Position numbers and translations under genes: made by a program. The notes under the pieces were generated by a model. That model saw only the letters and a program-made list of their open reading frames with translations, did no database searches and was not told the origin of the DNA. From the NCBI GenBank assembly GCA_964510165.1, contig CAZEBC010000027.1, forward strand, positions 11,706 to 28,945: 17,240 nt of DNA, given 5' to 3'. Of this stretch, positions 1-6,704 are shown piece after piece. Origin of the DNA: an uncultured bacterium (GTDB lineage: Bacteria > Abyssobacteria > SURF-5). Position 1 is the stretch's first letter. Each line of letters opens with the position of its first letter.

Positions 1-30
1 TGAACTTCATGGTAAAGGGATGAATTTCGT

Positions 31-249
31 ATGCCCAAAGAAGAGCCGATCGAGGTTGAAGGAACGGTAATTGAACCTTTGCCAAATGCGATGTTCCGGG
101 TCGAGTTGAAGAATGGGCACCGTATCCTTGCGCATATTTCCGGCAAGATGCGAATGCACTTTATCCGCATTCTGCCCGGCGACAAAGTGAAGGTTGAGTT
201 GTCGCCGTACGACCTTACGCGCGGAAGAATCGTGTATCGCTATAAGTGA
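31..249 (+). CDS. infA: translation initiation factor IF-1
   Basis: 72 aa with IF-1 motifs ([51 protein letters not shown]); canonical position before rpmJ-rpsM. Confidence 0.99.
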   Translation: MPKEEPIEVEGTVIEPLPNAMFRVELKNGHRILAHISGKMRMHFIRILPGDKVKVELSPYDLTRGRIVYRYK

Positions 250-275
250 GCGGAACGGAGAGGTTGTGAGCGACG

Positions 276-389
276 ATGAAGGTTCGCACGTCTGTCAAGA
301 AAATCTGTGAGAAATGCAAGATAATCAACCGCAGAGGCGTGGTCAGGGTTATCTGCAGCAATCCAAAGCACAAGCAGCGGCAGGGGTAG
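276..389 (+). CDS. rpmJ: 50S ribosomal protein L36 (zinc-binding C+ type)
   Basis: Not in the ORF track; hand translation from ATG 276 to TAG 389 gives [37 protein letters not shown] (37 aa) with CxxC..C..H zinc ligands; lies between infA and rpsM. Confidence 0.98.
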   Translation: MKVRTSVKKICEKCKIINRRGVVRVICSNPKHKQRQG

Positions 390-421
390 TCGAAACCCCG
401 CCGTGAGGAGGTAGACGAACA

Positions 422-790
422 TTGGCTCGTATATTGGGTGTTGACCTGCCCAGAGATAAACGGGTGGAGATCGGCCTCACTTACATTTTCGGCATCGGCC
501 GCGCGACGTCAAACAGAATCCTGGAAGCCACCGGCGTTAATCCCGACACTCGCGTCAAAGACCTCACCGACGACGAAGTTCGAAAGATCACCGCGGTCAT
601 CTCCCGAGATTACCGGATAGAGGGCGACCTGCGCCGCGAGACTTCCACAAACATAAAGCGCCTGATGGACATAGGCTCTTACAGGGGACTCAGACACCGC
701 AAGGGCCTGCCTGTCAGGGGACAGAGGACTCATACCAACGCGCGCACCCGTAAAGGGCCGCGCAAACAGAGACCGGGCAAGAGGAAATAG
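422..790 (+). CDS. rpsM: 30S ribosomal protein S13
   Basis: [48 protein letters not shown] start with upstream GAGGAGG. Confidence 0.99.
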   Translation: MARILGVDLPRDKRVEIGLTYIFGIGRATSNRILEATGVNPDTRVKDLTDDEVRKITAVISRDYRIEGDLRRETSTNIKRLMDIGSYRGLRHRKGLPVRGQRTHTNARTRKGPRKQRPGKRK

Positions 791-807
791 GGCATCCGGA
801 GGTTACA

Positions 808-1209
808 GTGGCCAAACCCAAGAAGGCAACAGACCGAAAACCGAAAAAGAAAAGGACGGTAACCTTTACCAGTGGAGTCGCTCATATACAAGCGACGTTC
901 AACAACACCATTGTGACAGTGACCGATCCCAATGGGAACGTGGTTTCCTGGGCCAGTGCCGGAACAGTCGGCTTCAAAGGCTCCAGGAAGAGCACGCCCT
1001 TCGCTGCCCAGCAGACCGCCAGGTCCGCCGCCCGGAAAGCCATGGATGCAGGATTGAAGGAAGTCAGGGTGTATGTCAAAGGGCCGGGCGCCGGACGGGA
1101 ATCCGCAATCAGATCGCTCCAGGCCGAGGGCTTGCAGATAAGCATGATCAAGGACGTCACCCCCATACCTCACAACGGATGTCGTCCGCCGAAGAGGCGC
1201 CGCGTGTAG
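808..1209 (+). CDS. rpsK: 30S ribosomal protein S11
   Basis: [48 protein letters not shown] start after GGAGG. Confidence 0.99.
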   Translation: MAKPKKATDRKPKKKRTVTFTSGVAHIQATFNNTIVTVTDPNGNVVSWASAGTVGFKGSRKSTPFAAQQTARSAARKAMDAGLKEVRVYVKGPGAGRESAIRSLQAEGLQISMIKDVTPIPHNGCRPPKRRRV

Positions 1210-1230
1210 TGGGGGTGACAGGAGAAGGAC

Positions 1231-1857
1231 ATGGCTCGATATACAGGACCGAGATGTAAACTGTGCAGGCGTGAAGGCGTAGAGCTTTTCCTCAAGGGTG
1301 AGCGCTGCCTCAAGGGGAAATGCGCCATCAAGACCCGAAACTATCCGCCGGGCATGCACGGAAGGCGCAGGATCAAACGCTCCGACTATGGCACTCAGCT
1401 TCGCGAAAAGCAGAAAATGAAACGCATTTACGGCCTGCAGGAAAGGCAATTCCGCAGGTATTTCGCGATCGCCGCGAAAAGCCCCGTGGTTACAGGGGAG
1501 AAGCTCATTCAGATTCTTGAGGGACGCCTCGACAGCGTACTTTACAGGATGGGATTCGGGTCTTCCCGCTCACAGGCCCGTCAGCTCGTCACGCACGGAC
1601 ACGTCATGGTGAATGACAAGAGAATCAATATTCCATCATACCAGGTTAAGCCGGCAGATATCATCTCGCTCACGGAGAAGGGGCGGCAGATGCACATAAT
1701 CGCCGGAAACGTGGAATCCGCCGCGCAGCGTGGCCTGCCGCCGTGGGTCGAAGTGGACACTGAGAAAAAGACCGGCAAGCTGCTGCGGTTGCCCACCAGA
1801 GAAGAGGTCGCATTGCCGGTCGAAGAAAAGCTCGTGATCGAGCTTTATTCCCGGTGA
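1231..1857 (+). CDS. rpsD: 30S ribosomal protein S4 (four-Cys zinc-binding type)
   Basis: MARYTGPRCKLCRREG, SDYGTQLREKQK, LEGRLDSVLYRMGF, ARQLVTHGH, VIELYSR. Confidence 0.99.
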   Translation: MARYTGPRCKLCRREGVELFLKGERCLKGKCAIKTRNYPPGMHGRRRIKRSDYGTQLREKQKMKRIYGLQERQFRRYFAIAAKSPVVTGEKLIQILEGRLDSVLYRMGFGSSRSQARQLVTHGHVMVNDKRINIPSYQVKPADIISLTEKGRQMHIIAGNVESAAQRGLPPWVEVDTEKKTGKLLRLPTREEVALPVEEKLVIELYSR

Positions 1858-1921
1858 TCCGGGCGCTTTATGAAAGGGCGCTCGCAGATAACCAAGGACT
1901 ATTGTGGGGGCTCTAGCAAGT

Positions 1922-2914
1922 ATGAACAGAATTCTCGAAATGCCCAAATGGGAAAAGGACGAGGATGTCTCCACCGAAACCTATGGCAGGTTCGTTGTGG
2001 AGCCGCTCGAGCGCGGCTTCGGGATGACTGTCGGCAACTCGCTCAGACGGGTTCTGCTCTCCTCACTGGAGGGGGACGCGATCACCTCCGTGAGAATCGA
2101 GGGCATCCAGCAGGAGTTCTCCCCCATCCCGGGCGCGGTCGAGGACGTGACCGATGTCGTTCTCAACCTGAAATCGGTGCGCCTGAAGTTGCGCGGCCTT
2201 GCCGATTCCAAGACCATTCAGGTCCGGGCCGCCGGAAAGAGGGAGATAACTGCCGCCAATCTCGCGGTCGACAATGACATCGAAATCCTCAATCCCGACC
2301 AGCACATCCTGACGCTCAATCAGGGCGCCAACCTCGTCATGGAAATCGAGATCGGACGGGGCAGGGGATATGTGCCCGCCGAGCAGAACAAACGGCCCGA
2401 CCAGCCGATCGGCGCCATCAGCGTTGATTCCATCTTCTCTCCCGTCGAAAAGGTGAATTTCCTGGTGGAGAACGCCCGCGTCGGACAGATGACCGACTAC
2501 GACCGACTTATACTCGAAATCTGGACCAACGGCAGCATCGCGCCCGAAGATGCGCTCGCCTCCGCAGCGCGACTCCTCATAAAACACTACAACATATTCG
2601 TCAAGGGCGAATTGGAGCAGGACCTCTCGCGGGCCGCCAGGACGGAAGAAACAGAGGAACTGCGCAGATATCTCGAAAAGAGCGTCAACGAAATGGAGCT
2701 CTCGGTCAGGGCCGCCAATTGCCTAAGGGCCGCCAATATCAAGACCATCGGCGAACTGGTTCAGAAGACAGAGCCGGAAATGCTGAAGTTCCGCAATTTC
2801 GGAAAGAAATCGCTCGAAGAAATCAGAAATGTGCTCCAAGGCATGGGCTTGCGCTTCGGCATGAAACTGGACAGCCTCCAGCCGGCAGGCGTAAGCGAGG
2901 CCAAAGAGAAGTGA
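1922..2914 (+). CDS. rpoA: DNA-directed RNA polymerase subunit alpha
   Basis: EPLERGFGMTVGNSLRRVLLSSL, GRGYVPA, DSIFSPV, CTD ELSVRAANCL..NFGKKSLEEI. Start is ambiguous: ATG 1922 or in-frame GTG 1904 (AAGGA upstream). Confidence 0.98.
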   Translation: MNRILEMPKWEKDEDVSTETYGRFVVEPLERGFGMTVGNSLRRVLLSSLEGDAITSVRIEGIQQEFSPIPGAVEDVTDVVLNLKSVRLKLRGLADSKTIQVRAAGKREITAANLAVDNDIEILNPDQHILTLNQGANLVMEIEIGRGRGYVPAEQNKRPDQPIGAISVDSIFSPVEKVNFLVENARVGQMTDYDRLILEIWTNGSIAPEDALASAARLLIKHYNIFVKGELEQDLSRAARTEETEELRRYLEKSVNEMELSVRAANCLRAANIKTIGELVQKTEPEMLKFRNFGKKSLEEIRNVLQGMGLRFGMKLDSLQPAGVSEAKEK

Positions 2915-2940
2915 AGGTGTAATCCCGGAAGGCTGGACCT

Positions 2941-3294
2941 ATGAGACATAGAAAGAAAACTGAAAAGCTCGGCCGCACCAGTTCTCATAAAGAGGCGCTC
3001 CTTGCCAATCTGGCCGTGGCTTTCATAATGCATGGACGCATCACCACGACCGTCACCAAGAGCAAGGCGCTCAGGCCGGTCGTCGAAAAGCTGATAACGC
3101 TCGGCAAGCGGCAGGATATTAACGCCAGACGCCGGGCGGCATCGATCCTGAGGGACAAAGATGCCGTCAAGAAACTGTTTTCCGACGTGGGCCCGCGATT
3201 CGAAGGCCGAAACGGCGGCTACACCCGCATAGTCCGGCTTGGGCCCAGGGTTGGTGATGCCGCGCCCATGGCGATCATCGAACTCGTCTCCTGA
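2941..3294 (+). CDS. rplQ: 50S ribosomal protein L17
   Basis: [49 protein letters not shown]. Confidence 0.99.
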   Translation: MRHRKKTEKLGRTSSHKEALLANLAVAFIMHGRITTTVTKSKALRPVVEKLITLGKRQDINARRRAASILRDKDAVKKLFSDVGPRFEGRNGGYTRIVRLGPRVGDAAPMAIIELVS

Positions 3295-3323
3295 ATCGTC
3301 AACGCGGTCTCCGTCTTATAAGA

Positions 3324-3363
3324 AATATTGGGGACACCATAGAATTACGGTGTCCCCAATATT
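3324..3363. repeat. palindromic element copy 1 (GGGGACACC family); probable terminator of the ribosomal operon
   Basis: AATATTGGGGACACC-(10 nt)-GGTGTCCCCAATATT, perfect 15-bp arms, between convergent rplQ and the hydrolase gene; followed on + by GCTTTTGCTTT. Confidence 0.85.
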
Positions 3364-3373
3364 GCTTTTGCTT

Positions 3374-4258
3374 TCAGCTCAGATGCTTCCTGAAGAAGGC
3401 GGCCGCCTCCCCCGCTGAGCGCGCGGCGTTTTCCCCCTCGTACAGCTCGAAATGGCGCGTGTTCTCGAACACCAACCACTCCTTCGGCTCGGGTGCCGCG
3501 TCATAGAGTTCTCTGTAGTTCTCGATCGGGCATATGACGTCCAACTCGGCCGCTATCAGAAGAAGGGGGCGATTGCCCTTCTTCCGGATCACGTCCACGG
3601 GCGAAAACTCCATGTGCGCCTCGAGGAACTGGAGCAGTATCTCGCGGCCAGCCAGTTGTGGCAGTCTCTGTGATTCTCTCTCGAAGAACTCGGCCATCTC
3701 AGGGTCGCCCGCGAGCGCCATTGCATCCATGTAAGTGGGGTCGTTGTGCAAAACCCTCCGTCTCCGATCTTCCTCAATCATCTGTCGGAACATCGCGACC
3801 TGCTCGGCAGGCAGGCGCCCTGCGGCCGCCTTGTAGCCGTCGGAGAATCCGAGTTGGCCCACGCACGCCCTCGCACGTTCGTCAAGCGCGAAGGCGTAGG
3901 GCGCAAGCGCGCCGCCGTAGGAGGTGCCCCAAAGCCCGATGCGGTCCGGGTTCACCTCGGCGCGGTTTGAAATGTAGGTGATTGCGTTGCGGATGTCGGC
4001 CAACTGTTCCTGCCAGAGCAGCCGCCCGCGCTGGCCGTCCGACTCGCCGAAGCCGCGATAATCAAATATCAACGCCGCCATGCCGGCTCTGCAAAAGGCC
4101 TCTGCGTATTGCGGCAGAATGGTCTCCTTGATCCCCGTAAACCCGTGGCACAACACGATGCCCGGCCTTTTCTCATCCGCATTCAATCCTTCAGGAATAT
4201 AGATAATGCCGGCCAGTCTCGCTCCTTCGGAATAGAAATGGACTCGTTCGGTTCCCAT
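3374..4258 (-). CDS. alpha/beta-fold serine hydrolase (S9/S15 peptidase-esterase-like)
   Basis: HGFTG oxyanion motif, FDYRGFGESDG, nucleophile elbow GTSYGG, ELDVI (Asp), RHFELY (His); no signal peptide evident. Confidence 0.9.
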   Translation of the reverse strand: MGTERVHFYSEGARLAGIIYIPEGLNADEKRPGIVLCHGFTGIKETILPQYAEAFCRAGMAALIFDYRGFGESDGQRGRLLWQEQLADIRNAITYISNRAEVNPDRIGLWGTSYGGALAPYAFALDERARACVGQLGFSDGYKAAAGRLPAEQVAMFRQMIEEDRRRRVLHNDPTYMDAMALAGDPEMAEFFERESQRLPQLAGREILLQFLEAHMEFSPVDVIRKKGNRPLLLIAAELDVICPIENYRELYDAAPEPKEWLVFENTRHFELYEGENAARSAGEAAAFFRKHLS

Positions 4259-4301
4259 TGTTTTCCTTTCGTTCTGTCTCGTTCCGATATCAACGAACCT
4301 T

Positions 4302-5921
4302 TCACATGCCTACCACTATCATGTCGAGCGGATGGGTCACCGTGAACTCGATGACCATCTCCCTCTTCTCGCCGGGACCAAGCGGGAGCTTCCACCTCAC
4401 GATGCCCGTATCCGCCTCTCGCTCCGTGGGCTTTTCGCTGAATTTGATGCCGGACACCTCGATATCTTCATGCTGGGATACCGGTATCTGGTCAATCAGC
4501 AGAATCTCAACCGGCTTGGACTTGTGGTTGATGATTGTAAGCTTGTCCTTGAACGCGCGCTCCTTCTTCTTGCCCAGGATGCGGGTCTCATCCTCCTTCC
4601 GCACGAGTTCCTCCCGCTTCACGTCGATGCTCTCGTCAATACCGAGGTCGAGCTTGATCTCCTCGCCGGGCGCAACCGGCTCGATGCTCGATTTGCCGAT
4701 GAAGTCGCCGTCCACAAACACGCTCACCGCTCCCGCAAGCCAATGGGCGCCGGTCGTGTTCGTGAGCTTTGCCGTCAGATACGCAAAGGGCGAAAGTCTC
4801 GGGGTGGTCACATATGAAAGCTGCGCGGGCAGGTCAGACGTGAGCATAACGGCGCGATGATACGCGTTGTCGCTCGGGATGTCCATTGTCCTTGGTATTT
4901 TGAACTGGACCGACGTGCCGAGGCGGACGATCTCGGCCTCGGCCAGCTCCATGGGGGCAGCGGAAGGCTCGAATGCGCGTCCTTCTGCCAATACTGCCAT
5001 GTCAAATGCTTCGGCTTCGGCCTTCTGGATGATGACAGGACGCGGCCTCAGATACCACGGCATGATCTCGGGCATCTTCGCGCCGATGGCGGGTCTGGCC
5101 GTCGAAAGCGAAACTTCCACACCAATCCAATCCTCTCCTGTAGTCTGGCGGACGTTGCCGATATAGTTGATCTCCACTCTCTCTTTTTCGACGTTCGCGC
5201 GCGCGTCATAGGAGGGGTACCAGTTGACTCCATAGACTACGCTCGACAGAAGCAGCGTAAACGGTCCCGGCTTCTCAGCCACGAGTTTCAACTTCACTTC
5301 CAGACTTGCTCTCGCGGCCTGGCCTTGCAGTTCATTCAGCCGTCGTAGCAGCGCGTCGAGTTCCCGATTCAACTCCCGCTTTTTTATCTCGGACCGGAGC
5401 GTTTCGTCGCTGATTCTTGCAAGCTGTTTCTGCTCGAACTCCAGCATGGAGTTCCATTCCTGAGGATTCGGCTGGCGCGTGATGAATTCCTTCGAGAACT
5501 GTTCTCCCGCATACACGCCGATCGAGCGCACCAACTCGCGTTCATGCTTCAAATTCTCGATGCGGGCGTCAACCGCCGCGATTTCATCGCGAACCTTCTC
5601 AATCTGTGCCTCGAGTTGAGCGATGCTTTCCTGGCGAGGCTCCTCCAAGATGACCCTTCTCGACTCGATGGAATATACACGGACACTCGCTTGGCCCCTG
5701 CCCTCCGTCCTCAAGGAATCGGTGTCCATGTTCACCGGAAGGTTCCCAAACACCACCGTATGCTCGCCGTTTTCCAGCGTAAGGTTCGCCGAGCGAGTCA
5801 CCATCGCGCGGTCCGGATAGATGACCACCGACACGATTCTCGCGTCGGCTTGCAGTTGGGAAGCGTGGGCCACGGATGTGATGAAAAGAAAAATCGGCAG
5901 CACTGCGAGAAGCTTCTTCAT
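4302..5921 (-). CDS. secreted DUF4140/DUF4139 protein (mucoidy inhibitor MuiA-like)
   Basis: Signal peptide MKKLLAVLPIFLFITSVAHA from ATG 5921 (GGAGGGAG upstream), VVIYPDRAMVTR, central coiled coil, WYPSYDAR, VRQTTGEDW, LSTARP, VFVDGDFIG, LGIDESI, IDQIPVS, WKLPLGPGE. Confidence 0.88.
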   Translation of the reverse strand: MKKLLAVLPIFLFITSVAHASQLQADARIVSVVIYPDRAMVTRSANLTLENGEHTVVFGNLPVNMDTDSLRTEGRGQASVRVYSIESRRVILEEPRQESIAQLEAQIEKVRDEIAAVDARIENLKHERELVRSIGVYAGEQFSKEFITRQPNPQEWNSMLEFEQKQLARISDETLRSEIKKRELNRELDALLRRLNELQGQAARASLEVKLKLVAEKPGPFTLLLSSVVYGVNWYPSYDARANVEKERVEINYIGNVRQTTGEDWIGVEVSLSTARPAIGAKMPEIMPWYLRPRPVIIQKAEAEAFDMAVLAEGRAFEPSAAPMELAEAEIVRLGTSVQFKIPRTMDIPSDNAYHRAVMLTSDLPAQLSYVTTPRLSPFAYLTAKLTNTTGAHWLAGAVSVFVDGDFIGKSSIEPVAPGEEIKLDLGIDESIDVKREELVRKEDETRILGKKKERAFKDKLTIINHKSKPVEILLIDQIPVSQHEDIEVSGIKFSEKPTEREADTGIVRWKLPLGPGEKREMVIEFTVTHPLDMIVVGM

Positions 5922-6044
5922 GTTCTCCCTCCACTCTGATTGGCGCGCGTTCAAGGACCGTCGCCGACAGCTACCACGGCGCGGCCCATTTCTTCCGGCT
6001 CACACCGGATTGTCTTTTCAGGTTCGGGGTGGCTCGCGCCGTCT

Positions 6045-6551
6045 TCACCAGTGATGGTGATGAAAATGAAATCCGGAATGCAGGAAAAACGGTCCCGGGT
6101 AATACGGATAATAGTAATCTCTGACGAACGGTCCCTTGTCGGTGTTTATCGTGGCGCCGGCATAGCTCACTGTCTCAAGGTCGATCTCGATGCCTGCCTC
6201 GATCTCCTGATAGGGACCCACGCGAAGTTTGCCCACCACGGCGACCTCTTCTCCCGCGCGGCGGGCGTCTTCAACTAGCCGATAAGCCTTCTCGATGGTA
6301 GACGGATTAAAGCCTTCCTCGCTCGCCGCGATGCGGTAGGTCTTCTCGCCGCCCAGCACAAAGCTCCATGTGCGGTATTCGTCACCCTCGGGGGCGCTGT
6401 TCTCCAGCACGGGTCCCGATACCTGGATTCGCTTGTTCTTGTATTGGAGAGGATTGTCCGTGATCGACGCGAGGTCCGTGCGAATGGGTGGTGTCGCGCA
6501 TCCCGACAACGCCAGCACAGCCAATATCGCAAGTACGCGCTTGAGATTCAT
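6045..6551 (-). CDS. lipoprotein of unknown function, probable OB-like beta fold, Tyr/Pro/His-rich C-terminus
   Basis: From ATG 6551 (GGGGGAG upstream): MNLKRVLAILAVLALSG-C lipobox; NPLQYKNKRIQVSG motif; tail DYYYPYYPGPFFLHSGFHFHHHHW. Confidence 0.8.
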   Translation of the reverse strand: MNLKRVLAILAVLALSGCATPPIRTDLASITDNPLQYKNKRIQVSGPVLENSAPEGDEYRTWSFVLGGEKTYRIAASEEGFNPSTIEKAYRLVEDARRAGEEVAVVGKLRVGPYQEIEAGIEIDLETVSYAGATINTDKGPFVRDYYYPYYPGPFFLHSGFHFHHHHW

Positions 6552-6576
6552 TGAAGTCTCCCCCACTCTTCGTGAG

Positions 6577-6605
6577 ATTATAGAACACCGGGTTCTCTTA
6601 GTCAA
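6577..6605 (-). promoter_or_regulatory. sigma70-type promoter of the lipoprotein gene
   Basis: Minus strand TTGACT (6605-6600), 17-nt spacer, TATAAT (6582-6577), 25 nt upstream of ATG 6551. Confidence 0.8.
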
Positions 6606-6704
6606 TTGTGCGGCTGAAGCGAGGTGACAGGCAAGTTGGCGGGAAGACAAAAAACCCAATATCATTTCCTGACATCGGGCTCAGGAGATTGTTCAGTTAC
6701 AGGA

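Noticed and set aside
730-1449. 239-aa minus-strand ORF
   Set aside because: Antisense to the conserved rpsM, rpsK and rpsD genes.
1861-1883. Weak hairpin between rpsD and rpoA
   Set aside because: The stem is imperfect, has no U-tract, and lies inside a normally co-transcribed operon.
6583-6595. LexA (Cheo) SOS box
   Set aside because: The spacer is 5 nt rather than 4 and the downstream gene is not a repair gene; kept only as an unassigned inverted repeat.
5922-6665. Longer N-termini given by the ORF track (5954 and 6665; likewise 13087 and 14329)
   Set aside because: Downstream ATGs fit better with ribosome-binding sites, signal peptides or promoter positions; the 6665, 13087 and 14329 extensions overlap predicted promoter/operator elements.
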